From Octopus sinensis (lineage: Eukaryota): a stretch of DNA of 64,000 bases. Every line of letters begins with the position of its first letter. Positions within the stretch are counted from its first letter, which is position 1. The translations under genes and the position numbers were made by a program. The stretch spans positions 53,940,001 to 54,004,000 of the forward strand of contig NC_043008.1 of NCBI RefSeq assembly GCF_006345805.1. Reading direction: 5' to 3'. The notes beneath the pieces were generated by a model that searched no databases, had not been told where the DNA came from, and saw nothing but the letters and a program-made list of their open reading frames with translations. Shown here piece after piece: positions 25,247 through 37,678 of this stretch.

Positions 25247-25835
25247 GGCACAGCGAGAGAGAGAGAGAGAGAGAGAGAGTTGCTGCAGAGAGAGAGAGAG
25301 AGGACAGGGGAAGGAAGAGAGAAAGTCTAGAATTGTGAGAAGACGAGAGAGGGGGAAGGGGAAGTAGGAATGCTAGAAAAGGAATATTAGGACGAGCGAC
25401 AAAGAAAGAAAAAACCCAAAAAAACAAAGAAAGAGTCGCAAAAAATATGTAAAAACTTCCTGTTAACAAACGTTGGTATGCATGGCGTTCAGTTACTTAA
25501 TAAATGAAAACTCCATTAAATACTATAAAATGTACACGTACGACAGACACAGAAGGACCCGAATTCTTTATCAGTTATTGACCCAAAGATACTAATACTA
25601 ATTTTCATGCTTTTAACGATCAGACTGAGAATTTCGTATATCGGCGGCCCCCGCAAGATTTGCGAAGGATTAGGGCTTGAGCATACAAGACAATACAGGG
25701 TAGACGTACGTAAGTAAATAAATGTAACTTGAAACGATAGGTGAAGTTAATAAATAAAGCCGTTCGGCAAAACACGAGTATGATGGGTAACGCCTGGAAG
25801 AAAACCTCAAGTGGATATAAACCTAGAGAATAAGT
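24270..25835 (-). mobile_element. Penelope-like element relic with two direct repeats (24350-25070, SINE-interrupted; 25510-25835)
   Basis: About 320 bp duplicated (..TCGGCGGCCCCC.CAAGATTTGCG..GGGTAACGCCTGGAAGAAAACCTCAAGTGGATATAAA); 24285-24340 matches the HHR-adjacent terminus at 19530-19600. Confidence 0.6.
24521..24903 (-). mobile_element. SINE family D, full length, 12-bp TSD
   Basis: ATTAGGGCTCGA at 24509-24520 and 24904-24915; tRNA-like head GGCGCAATGGCCCAGTGGTTAGGGC..GGTTTCGATTCCC. Confidence 0.92.
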
Positions 25836-26442
25836 AAAAGAGGAGAAAAGTGCACATAGGAAAGTTATCATTGAAGAAAGGATGGAATGTTCATATCTGT
25901 ATATAAGATTCCTGATGTTAGGGGGGAAACGAGATAAAAAGAATAAGAGAAAACGAAAAGAAAGAAGATGGATGGAGTCAAAAGAAAGGCAAAGGAAGGA
26001 TACGTTTCTTTTTATAGCAAGGAATAGAGGGCGGGAGGGTGTCTGTAAGAATGGTCAAAGAATTCAAAGAAAAACTTCAATAGAAAATATAGCAGATAGG
26101 GAAATGAATTAACTTTGGATTTGTGACATTAAAAAGTCGAAAAAGACAAATGAATAAAGGAAGAGACGTGGCAATAAAAATGATGATATGAACAAAGCAA
26201 ACGAAATCTTCGTAGTGAGGGAGCTTATTTAGAGGAATGGTCAGTAGTTCAAAGGTAAGTGGTGGTAATTGCTGTGTTAGCGTTAGGTAAAACCAAATGG
26301 GAATATTGGTAGGGATGTAAAACATGAAAGAAAGAAATAAAATTAATATTGAAAACGTTGGAAAAGATGTTGAACAAATACTGAAAAACATTGAAATTGT
26401 TAACGGTATTCAAAAGTTAAAATTATAAGAACTTTTGGGAAA

Positions 26443-26860
26443 TACTCTCTTTACTCTTTTACTCTTTTACTTGTTTCAGTCATTTGACTGCGGCCATGCT
26501 GGAGCACCACCTTAAATCGAGCAACTCGATCCCGGGACTTATTCTTTTGTAAGCCCAGTACTTATTCTATCGGTCTCTTTTGCCGAACCGCTAAGAAACG
26601 GGGACATCAACACACCAGCATCGGTTGTCAAGCAATGCTAGGGAGACAATCACAGACACACAAACACACACACGCATATATATATATATATACATATATA
26701 CTACGGGCTTCTTTCAGTTTCCGTCTACCAAATCCACTCACAAGGCTTTGGTCGGCCCGAGGCTATAGCAGAAGACACTTGCCCAAGGTGCCACGCAGTG
26801 GGACTGAACCCGGAACCATGTGGTTGGTAAACAAGCTACTTACCACACAGCCACTCCTGT
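26443..26860 (-). mobile_element. SINE family A, full length
   Basis: Complete head, internal microsatellite and (TACTCTT)n tail. Confidence 0.92.
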
Positions 26861-27334
26861 GCGGAAATGTGTAAAGAATTACAAGAATTGTAAAAAAGAA
26901 TAAAAGTCAAATATGAAAGATAAAAGTCGAGAAAGATATGAGAAGAGGGCGTTCAAAGCTGAAAACTAAATATGTTTGGGTGAATGGGTGGATAGGTTAT
27001 TGATTGAGTCGATGAATTATGATGGGAATAAATTGGTGAAGAAGCTATGTAGAAAATGCCAAATGTTCGAACGAAGAATACTGCGATTGTTGGTCGTAAC
27101 TGTTATTTTGAGGTCGAACTGTTTGAAATTAGTAGTGACTTTCTTAGGTTATCCCTGTCGTGACTACTATCAGGTTTTAAAAAAATAAGTGCGGGGGTCG
27201 ATACATTCGACGAAAAGTTCTTCAAGTCTGTGTTCCAGCATAGCTACAGTCTAATGACTGAAACGAGTGAAAGATAAGATGCACACACACGCACACACTC
27301 ACACACACACACACATATTTATATATATTCTTTT

Positions 27335-27565
27335 ATTGTTTTATTTATGTCAGTCATTTGACTGGGGCCATACTGGAGCACCACCTTTAGTCGAGCGAAT
27401 CGAACCCAGGACTTATTCTTTATAAACCCAATACTTATTCTATCGGTCTCTTTTGCCAAACTGCTAAGTTACAGGGACGTAAACACACCAGCATCGGTTG
27501 TCAAGCGATGTTGGGAGGACAAACACAGACACACAAACATATACACACGCATAATATATATATAT

Positions 27566-27631
<66 letters not shown>

Positions 27632-27792
27632 TACGACGGGCTTCTTTCAGTTTCCGTCTACCAAATCCACTCACAAGGCTTCGGTCGGCCGAGGTTATTG
27701 TAGAAGACACTGCCCAAGGTTCCACGCAGTGGGTCTGAACCGAGAACCATGTGGTTGGTAAGCAAGCTACTTATCACACATCCACTCCTGTG
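27335..27792 (-). mobile_element. SINE family A with expanded internal (TA)n
   Basis: Matches the other A copies. Confidence 0.9.
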
Positions 27793-27810
27793 TGTACATA
27801 CATACATACA

Positions 27811-27844
<34 letters not shown>

Positions 27845-27959
27845 CATACATACATATGAATCTGTGTGATCTACTGACTATGAATTTACAAGGATCAATC
27901 GCATAATTAGAGTTGTCTCCCTTATTCTAAAAAAGACGGTTCTACAATTACTTTACGAA

Positions 27960-28790
27960 CTCTGACGTAAACACACCAGCATCGGTTGTCAAGCGATGTT
28001 AGGGGGAACAAACACAGACATACAAACACACACACACACACAGACACACACACACACACACACACACACTAGGCTACTGGTTTTAAACTGATGTTAATTA
28101 AATTAATATTAATTTATCTCTCTCATTATTTAAATATTAAAATAAATATGTTCTCTAATAGGCAGCATTAACCGCAGTAAATTATTTGCTGCAGTTCTTC
28201 GCTTCCGGAATTTTAGCGCGCCAGAGCTAAGACATTTGAAATTATCCCTAATGTAATCGGTAAAACTAAACACGTGTCTGTTTTGGCACAGAAAGCTGGG
28301 GTTAGTTTTTCAAATTACATTACCTGTCGGAACGATCGCACTGACAAATCTACGGACAATTGGATTATATAAGTAATTCATTTGTTAATAGAAGAAACCG
28401 CCGGTCTGTGAGTAATTCTGGGTTTTTTTTATATAATTTTCATCTGTCTTGCCCGCCTAATTGTTCTGGTGTCCGCTGAATTTTCCTCTAGAAAACAATC
28501 TTTGTAGTTTGATCGTTGGTGATCTATTTCTAGCATACGGCCGACTACCTAGTGGTCTTGCCCTTTGAATATACACATGTATTAGAATTTTCTCTGATTT
28601 TTCAGACTTTTGTATGCTAGGCTACTGGTTTTAAATTGATGTTAATTAAATTAATATTAATTTATCTCCCTCATTATTTAAATATATATATATATACATA
28701 TGACGGGCTTCTTTCAGTTTCCGTCTACCAAATCCACTCAGAAGGCTTTGGTCGGGCCGAGGCTATAGTAGAAGACACTTGCCCAAGTAA
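27960..28790 (-). mobile_element. SINE family A interrupted by a terminally redundant insert
   Basis: SINE halves at 27960-28068 and 28700-28790. Confidence 0.85.
28069..28685 (+). mobile_element. 548-bp unit with 69-bp terminal direct repeat, PLE/retrozyme-like
   Basis: CTAGGCTACTGG...TAAATAT at 28069-28137 and 28617-28685; long hairpin plus GGAAC-GATC-GCA-CTG HHR-like 3' half. Confidence 0.65.
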
Positions 28791-29705
28791 CCCACCACAC
28801 AGCCACTAATTGTTCGTATTATGACTTCAATGACAAATTGGGTTACTTTGCTGTGATTTTTCTGGAGGTAGTTTTTGACGGAAGTATAGCGTAGTTCTTC
28901 AACCCGTACATGGACATGGCAGATGGTATTTTCTATGTAAGACTCATTCCATTTGCTACCCATGATTTTATGCACTACGTCCTAACTCCGAACTATTTCA
29001 ATAGAAGGTGGCAATATAAAACATCGACTTATATAGTTTCTTATAATTCGCAATGTTTTGGCTTTAAGCTGCCAATGAAAACATTCATGTATATCAAAGA
29101 ATACTTCACATAAAACATACTATTCGTGCGTGTGATGGGTGAGCGAGTGCGAAACTCGTAAAGAAATGTATATACTCACACTTACTAGAGTTCTGAGGTG
29201 TGCACCTAATTATATTTTCTCTATGTAATTCAATATACTTTACATATAATTTGTAACTATACGATATATGAATATATGATATATGAATGCTTGTATTTAT
29301 GTATATATAAATACATGCGTGTGTGTTTGTATAAATGGCTATGTATATACATAGAGTAGGTCAATTTTTGTTCCTTTTCATTGCAAAAGAAAGAACCATC
29401 TTGCCTTGGATCATTTCCAATTCTTTCTCGTTGGTGAAACTGTTTAGAATAAGTACATCATATATCTATATCTATATAAGGAGTAAAAGTACAAGAGAGT
29501 CAGTATACACCAAGTGGTAAAATTATGAGTTGGAAATATGTGGAAAACATATATAAAAAGTGGAAGAGAAATGCCTTCGTTTCACATAGTTTAATATCTT
29601 TTTAGAAATTTTTTTTCTATATATCTATACACATTTTACACGAACACACACACACATGTTTAATTTGATTTTCTAGTTATAATAATGTTCTTGAAGGTGT
29701 ACGTG

Positions 29706-29775
<70 letters not shown>

Positions 29776-30074
29776 CATGCATGTATACATACGTACATAT
29801 TATATATGTGTGTGTCTGTGTATAATGTAAGATGAATACCTTTATCAATGGACGCTCTTTATATACATAACGTGTGTATAAATGTGCGCATGCGTGTTTG
29901 TGAGCGTGCTTCCGTGTGTGCAATGGACTATCACAAATAAAACGAACATTAGTGAATACATGAACTCGTATGACCTTGTACGTGTCTAAGTTGGTCGTTG
30001 TTCCGGACATGACTAATTCAAAGACACCACCTGGTCAGTGAATACAGTTCTTTAGCTGCAGCGCCCTTTTATTT

Positions 30075-30087
30075 CTTCTTCTTCTTC

Positions 30088-30139
<52 letters not shown>

Positions 30140-30171
30140 CATTATTATCATTGTTATTATTATTATTATTA

Positions 30172-30246
<75 letters not shown>

Positions 30247-30370
30247 TCCTTCTCCTTCTTCTTCTTCTTCTTCTTCTCCCTCTTCTTCTTCTTCGTCTTC
30301 TTCGTCTTCTTCTTCTTCTTCTTCTTCTTCTTCTTCTTCTTCTTCTTCTTCTTCTTCTTCTTCTTCTTCG
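30075..30370. repeat. (TTA)n/(TTC)n compound microsatellite
   Basis: Directly visible. Confidence 0.95.
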
Positions 30371-31009
30371 TCTAGGTGCAATGCGTTTTGTGTTGAATGT
30401 GTTGGAGAAATTTGCCAACATAAAATTAGAATATGCTAATATCTACGGCTTCCTTTCATCTATTCATAAAGCGATATTGGACAGAACGAGCCCAATTAAT
30501 GAAAAATAATTGTTGTTGTTATTGTTGTTGCTGCAGCAGTTGTTGATGATGATGATGATTTATCACCCTGCCACTCATTCACCTCAATTCTATTCTATTT
30601 GAGCAGATTTATGTTCCAAATATTTCAGTGCAGATCATGTCTTATACTTTTCAGATATATTATATGTCCAGTATTCTTCATTTTTTCAAGCAATAGAGTC
30701 TAGCATGAGTAAAAACTTAATGCTATTACTAGAAATCCATGCGACGGCATGGAAGCTCCATACTTAACCTGAAGGTAAAATGGCTGCGGACAACCGCGGT
30801 GATGTATTGCGATTGTAAGAGCTTCCCACCTTGGGTAATTTTTCTAAATGTATGTTTGTATAGTCGCTGGATCGTTTAAATATTCCCCACATGCTGCAGC
30901 TAATTGAACATTTATGTTTCATTTGAAATATTCCCTTAGCCTTTTATTTCTGTCAGTGGACTGTAGCACCACCTAGCAGGGTTTAGTTGAACAAATCACC
31001 CCACAACTT

Positions 31010-31010
31010 T

Positions 31011-31053
<43 letters not shown>

Positions 31054-31410
31054 CCATCACCATCATCATCATCATCATCATCATCATCATTACTATTGAA
31101 CACAGCAAGCTGGTACAATCGTTAGCACGCTGGACGAACTGCTTAGTGTCACTTCGTGCGTGTTTACATTCTGAGTTCAAATGCTGCCGAGGTCGTCTTT
31201 ACCTTTTATCCTTTTGGTGTCGATCAATTAAGTACCAGTGAAACACTGGGTAGCTGTAATTGACTAGTTCCATCCTGCAAAATTTCAGGCCCTGTGCCTA
31301 TAGTAGAAATGATAATTACTACTATTATTATTATTGGTAGTAGTAGTAGTAGTAGTAGTTAGTAGTAGTAGTAGTAGTAAGGTGGTGAGCTGGCAGAATC
31401 GTTAGCAGTT
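31010..31410 (+). mobile_element. (CAT)n, then diverged SINE B, (TAG)n and a second SINE B head
   Basis: Family B motifs at 31100-31315 and 31379-31407. Confidence 0.75.
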
Positions 31411-31599
31411 TTGAAACTCTGTCATAGTATTCAAACGCATTTTTCCTGTAAAATAACCATTGCTATATACACGGGTTTTACCATTTATGTTTTTTATCGA
31501 GAATAACATTGGCATCTAAGTTTATAATGGGTTCTAATAGATCTCACATAACTGAAAAATGATATTAAAATAAGCAGATATAAGCCAGTATAAAAGACA

Positions 31600-31903
31600 C
31601 CCTTCGACCTTGAAAGTTACCCTCCGCGGCACAAGTCCGAGCAAGATTGTTTATGGAAGACCAGCAGCCACCCATGCATATCAGCCTCCCCTCTCCACGC
31701 CACCAATGTTATCCAAGGGAAAGGAAAATACATCTTGGCATCAGTGACGACGTTGCAACTCATTTCTACAGCTAAATGAACTGGAGCAACGTGAAATAAA
31801 ATGTCTTGCTCAAGTACACAACATACAGCCTGATCCGGGAATCGAACTCACAACCTCATGATTGTGATCTCGACGCTCTAGCCACTGAGCCATGAGCCTT
31901 CAC
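31600..31903 (-). mobile_element. SINE family C
   Basis: tRNA-like head (GGCTCAGTGGCTAGAGCG..GAGTTCGATTCCCGG); body matches 1-213. Confidence 0.85.
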
Positions 31904-33549
31904 ATAGTCCAGCACGGGAGTAGTTTACATTATAATTATTGAAAAAAAAACCAGAGAACTTTAAATTTAGTTCCATTTAAGTTCATTTTCTTCTCTTACA
32001 TGATAGAAATTGACATGAGATTCTAAAAAGGGAATGTTTAGTTCTGCTCTAGTGTATCTTTTAGATATATTATGTATTCTTGAAGTATTTTCATATTTTT
32101 TCAGATATTAATATTGTTTTCTTATTTATATATTGTGTTGATATCTTTATTATTTTCCTTTTCTGTGTTATTTTCCAAACTGCATGGTTTTAAATTCTTT
32201 CTTCTTTTTAAATTTCAACATCGATATTTTGATATTATTTTCAGGCCTTTATGTTATTTTCGAATCTTTGAATTTAAATTACTTTCGATCCTCAAACCGT
32301 TCCGCCAATCCACCGACCTGAATTGGTAGTTTTGTTTGTTTATTTATATCGACCCCCTAAACGATGAACGACTACCACCACCACCACCACCACCACCACC
32401 AAAGCCCACTGCCTCACCACACTCATCTTTGTATAATTTAGTTTCAAATCACGCTATCTCAAATCTTTATTTTATGCACAGTCAGGAAGAATTAGGTTAT
32501 ACTGCACAGAACCTCATAGACGATGTCCATTTTTATTGGAAACAAGAAATACTACTCATCAATATTTACCGATCTTCAACATTCCTGTACTCCCAGCAAC
32601 ATTCTGAATACTATTGATCAGCAATTGATTTATCCGGCATAATAATTTTCTTTAAATGTCGATATTTGTAAGCATCCGGAACAGAAACCCATGATCCACT
32701 ATGTCTTGTAACTTTGCTGCAATCCAAGTAGAGAATGTCTGCATTTGACTTATTTCCGGGACGTTTAATATAGAAATAAATTGGTTAAAATAAATCGCTG
32801 CCAGACCAAATCACTGTTGTCTCGGCCATTTCTTGAATTACTATTTACAAGGTTATAGGAAATTTTGGAAGAATGTTAATACCTTGAACGAATTAGATTA
32901 TACATGACAGGAGAAACACGACTCATAATTACATGCAGTGACATATTAATTTTCTTGAAGATTGAAATTACAATTGTGAGAGAAACCTTTAGGCTGTACA
33001 ACTACATAACGTTCTTCCAAATCGCCATTATACATACACAGACAATTACACACATGTACATGCACATATTATACATACACACATACGCACACATGAAAAA
33101 TATATCTATATGTATTCATATATGAATTTGTATACATACATATGAGTGTGTGTATATGTAGTGGCTGTCTGTGTGTGTGTTTGTGTGTAAGTATATGTAT
33201 ATTTATACACAAAGATATAAATGACAAATGAATAAGAGTGAGAAGCAAAAGAAACAAACATATCAAAATATAAAAGAAAGTAGATAAATAAATAACGCAG
33301 AGAAAGCGAAAGTTTGTAAGAGTGTGAGATATAAATTAAAAGGAAACACATCTCGCTGAAAATCCATGACATCTATGCTGTTTTACAATAACGGGATAAA
33401 TATTTTGTAGGGCAAAAAATACAGAGAATTTTCAGTTTTGAATTCAAGCAGAAAGAATCTCGGGACAGTATTAGTATTTTTTCTGTTAAACAAAGCCAAA
33501 TAAGAGTATTGTAGTTATCACGTAGGTGAAGAAGTGGAAAAAGGACAAA

Positions 33550-34715
33550 CATGTCTAAAAACTGCTCCCTTAAGTCTCACTCGACTCCAAAGGTATCTAG
33601 AGTGATCTGTCGAAATTCTTCTGTCATTTTTAAGAAGCAAATGTCTTCGCAATTAATGTCTCGTCCTATATTCATTCACTGTCGTTCGAGTATGTTTTTT
33701 TTTTCTTTCAAAATTCGGTCTTGCCGATCTTTACTATAAAACTAGAGAGGCAGTTTACCTTGAGCATGCTATGGCTAGAAATTATACAGAAGCTCATAGT
33801 AGCGACTTAGGAGTAATCAACTTTGAATTAATGTAGTTTGATTACCCCAAACACTTAAGTATTATTTCCGTTAATAAAATTCACCAAATTTGTACTTCCC
33901 ATGGCCAAAACTTGATCCTCAATTTCAGTCAGTGCTTTGTTAAAAATTGTTTCAGAGAACTGAATATTGATAACTGGGTTTGCCTGTTGAAGTGCATACT
34001 TTAAGTCCTCAGCCATGTCCTCACGATGTTTCATCCAAAGCTATAGGAGACTGCCAACTTGACACATGTTCAGTATAATTTCAAAATGGTTATGGAGTTA
34101 CCTTGGAGAATCTGATACTGATGCTTCAGTCAATGCAAGGTACCAATGCTCATTATTTTCTTAAAAAACCTTGTTGAGAGCTTGCTTCCCTATAAGGTGC
34201 ACACACATGACCATTTACCCTCTTCGAATCTTGGAAGGATTTGGGATCACATACTTCGTGCAAAAGGAGTCTTAAGTAACAGTATTTTGCTTGTCTTGGC
34301 GGCGACACTGTAAACTCTTGCAAGAGCGTCAGCCGCACGTTTCTTCTGGTGCCATTTATTGTTTCTCCGGTTGTAAAACTTGGGTAATTGGGGGTAAAGA
34401 GTTTTCTTGCATCTTCATCTACCTGCCGCAATTAGAAAAGGAAAAAGTGCTTGTTGCAAGGCTGTTTGTTTTATAAAGATAACCATGTGGCTATTCTCTA
34501 GATCGATATTCAGATGAATGATGGCTGGGTACTTATCATGAATGGGAAAATTGAAGATGTGTCAAAAAACCTCATTGATACTGATGTATCTTCCTCTGTC
34601 ATACTGTACATCCTCGTCATTTTTATTTATCTGCTGATTGCCATTCTGCATAAGAGTGTATGGTGTAGCATCTAAACCTTTCTTTATATATTTGCAAACA
34701 TACTTAATTGTACAA
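33550..34715 (-). mobile_element. Decayed Helitron Rep/helicase fragment
   Basis: IKYVCKYIKKG..GRYISINE..IFNFPIHDKYPAIIHL..LENS and YCYLRLLLHEVCDPKSFQDSKRVNGHVCAPYREA..GFL: conserved Helitron linker motifs with stops. Confidence 0.85.
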
Positions 34716-34721
34716 TAGTCT

Positions 34722-35340
34722 TGGATGCCTCATTGTTTTTAGGGTTGTGAGTTGATATATACAGTTATGTTTTGAGATGAGGTGTGGTGTTATATTTTGT
34801 TGACCTTAGTGTTTTTATGCCTAATTTCTTAGCACGCTTAATTCCATCGTCTATAAGTAAGGGTGGATATTGTGTTTCAGTTAGTGTTATTCTGAGGTCT
34901 TGAAGAAGAATGTCCCAAGTAGTTCTATCAGACACTGTTGTGCAAATCCTTTTTGCTAAATTAAAGGGGATATTTTTTTCGATGTGTTTCGGGTGGCACA
35001 TAATCTTCCTTTACTCACTAGAGACCCAAAAATTAACATTTTGAAAACACATAAATACATCAAATACAAAAAGCAATGCAAATCGCTGAAGAGTCATCTA
35101 ATAAATTCGGAGCTTCACACAACAACCATGAAACCAGCGGTTAAAAAATCTAGATGCCAAAACAGTGGAGCATGCACCAACCAACTTGATGGCTCGGATT
35201 TCCTTTTCAAACAAGGAGAGATTTTCACAATTAAAACCAACTTTACATGTGCCTCTGAAAATCTAATTTATGTTATAACTTGCTCAGGTTGTGGATATTA
35301 GTATATAGGACAGACAACTGTGACACTGAGGCGGAGAGCC
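34722..35340. mobile_element. Penelope-like element fragment with an internal inversion (RT thumb on minus, GIY-YIG on plus)
   Basis: Minus: HPKHIEKNIPFNLAKRICTTVSD..YPPLLIDDGIKRAK..STHNPKNNEA. Plus: NLPLL..FTCASENLIYVITCSGCG.*YIGQT..LRRR. Confidence 0.85.
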
Positions 35341-35574
35341 ACTAAAATACGAAATTACTATAACTTTAATGACGTGATTAGCGAAAGCAAAACCCCTCGA
35401 CAAACACAATATAAAATACATTTTAAAATATATTAAAACTATGTAAAGTGTGCATAATTTCCTTCATTTATTTTTTATATATATATTTGCATAAACAGCT
35501 CACTACGTGGGGATAATCGAAATTCTCTCCTTTCTGTTACTATAAATATATATATATATATATATATACATATA

Positions 35575-35742
35575 TACTATGGGCTTCTTTCAGTTTCCGT
35601 CCATCAAATACGCTCATAAGGTCTTGGGCGGCCAGAGGCTATAGTACAAGGCACTTGCCCGAGGTGTTACGTAGTGGAACTGAACCCGGGGTCATGTGGT
35701 TGGGGAGCAAGCTTCTTACCACACAGCCACTCCGGCGCCTAT
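35575..35742 (-). mobile_element. SINE family A head half
   Basis: Family motifs. Confidence 0.8.
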
Positions 35743-35952
35743 GTATATACATACATGCAATATATATAAATCTTATGTGTATGTGTGTGTGTGTAAGAGT
35801 GTGTGTGTCTGTGTATATAAACATATCAGTATATACATTCTTTCATATATTTGTTTGTTTGTAGATGCCCATTTTGTATTTTCTTGTAACTCAGTAAATC
35901 AATTACATTTCACTACTTCATTACGACCAAAATAGAAATACATACATACATA

Positions 35953-36013
<61 letters not shown>

Positions 36014-36064
36014 GATTAATTGATTAATTAATTAATTTTACCCTCAATTGTTGAAATTATATAT

Positions 36065-36136
<72 letters not shown>

Positions 36137-36366
36137 ATATATATATATATATAGTTCGATTAGAGGTTAGATAAGCCTCATTAAGAGATAGTAATATCCA
36201 ATGAATCACTAGTTTATTACCTAAAATTTGCTGTGAATATTAATTAGAATACTCATGAATAATAGGTAATTAGACAAACTAAGGTTTATATTTATTGAAG
36301 AAAAATAAGAAAATGGAGATAAATCAATTAATAAGTATACTTATTAACTGCAAAAGTAAACATAAT

Positions 36367-36450
36367 CTCTTGCTGCTGCTTCGATTCGTACTTTAAAGAT
36401 TATAATTATGATAATTAAATCATTTCATAAAGCAGGATCTCGTCAGAGGC
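36367..36450 (-). ncRNA. Degenerate long-stem-II hammerhead motif
   Basis: Minus strand: CTGACGA-GAT..(long AT-rich hairpin)..ATC-GAAGC-AGCA-GCA; A15.1-U16.1 replaced by G-C; stem I poor. Confidence 0.45.
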
Positions 36451-36951
36451 AGAAAAAAGATATACCGTTATGTTATTAGGTGTTAAGTATACGAAACATT
36501 ACAGAAAACTGAGTATTGTTATATGGAAAATTTTAGTATTAAACTTTTAAGTGGGGGCATAGGGTGTAATTTAGAGAGAAATTAAACATAAATTAATATA
36601 CTCTGGGTAATAGAAGGTTTACAGATAGATAATAGATAGTAATTTACCATGCAAGTTTCGTATTAATATTGCGGTAAATATAATTTTAACTTGTTATTAT
36701 AGGAGTAGGTAATAAGTAGAAGTTATTAATAGTCAAAAATACTTAGCCAATAAATGAAGTACACATTCATGTATATATATGTGTATATATTCTTTTATTT
36801 TTTATTTCTTTCAGCTATTTGATTGTGACCATGCTGTATTAGTCGAACAATCGACCCCAGGACTTATTATTCGTATGACTAGCACTTATTTGGTGAATAA
36901 CAGAGTTTGTTTCGGCTGCCCTCGTCTGCGCCACATGTCAGGTTCTTGGTG

Positions 36952-37007
<56 letters not shown>

Positions 37008-37049
37008 TGTGTGTGTGTGTGTCTGCGTGTCATATATATATATATTATA

Positions 37050-37285
37050 CAGGCGGCGAGCTGGCAGAAAGGTTAGCACGCCGGGCGAAATGCGTAGCCG
37101 TATTTCGTCTGCCGTTACGTTCCGAGTTCAAATTCCGCCGAGGTCGACTTTGCCTTTCATCCTTTCGGGGTCGATAAATTAAGTACCAGTTACGCACTGG
37201 GGTCGATGTATTTGACTTAATCCCTTTGTCTGTCCTTGTTTGTCCCCTCTATGTTTAGCCCCTTGTGGGTAGTAAAGATAAAATA
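37050..37285 (+). mobile_element. SINE family B, near-consensus
   Basis: Complete head and body. Confidence 0.9.
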
Positions 37286-37678
37286 TATATATATATTAAT
37301 ATATATGTGTGTGTGCGTGCGTGCGTGTTTGTATATATATCTTAATACTAAAGCTCCAGAGATGTTCGTTTGTACCCGAAATATCTCAGAAATAGTACAT
37401 TTTGTCTTAAATGTTTTCCATATTTATTTTCATACTTACCTTCGGCAGCGCAGTACAAATTTTTGTGATATTTGCACCTCTATTTATTAATAAAAATGAT
37501 TAAACAAAGATTTTGTTTGTTATTTCTTGGTGAAAACAAAACAGCTCCCATGATTTCAACACTTATACAATACACATACACACATATAATGAATATCATG
37601 GCGTGTTAATCAGCACAAACACACGTCCGTTATCTGTGACATATACACGCACATAGTTTTCACGCTCTCTAAGAAATA

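Noticed and set aside
30751-30826. U1-like ATACTTAACCTG and an 8-bp inverted repeat GGAAGCTC/GAGCTTCC
   Set aside because: No further U1 or snoRNA features such as an Sm site or stem-loops; short enough for chance.
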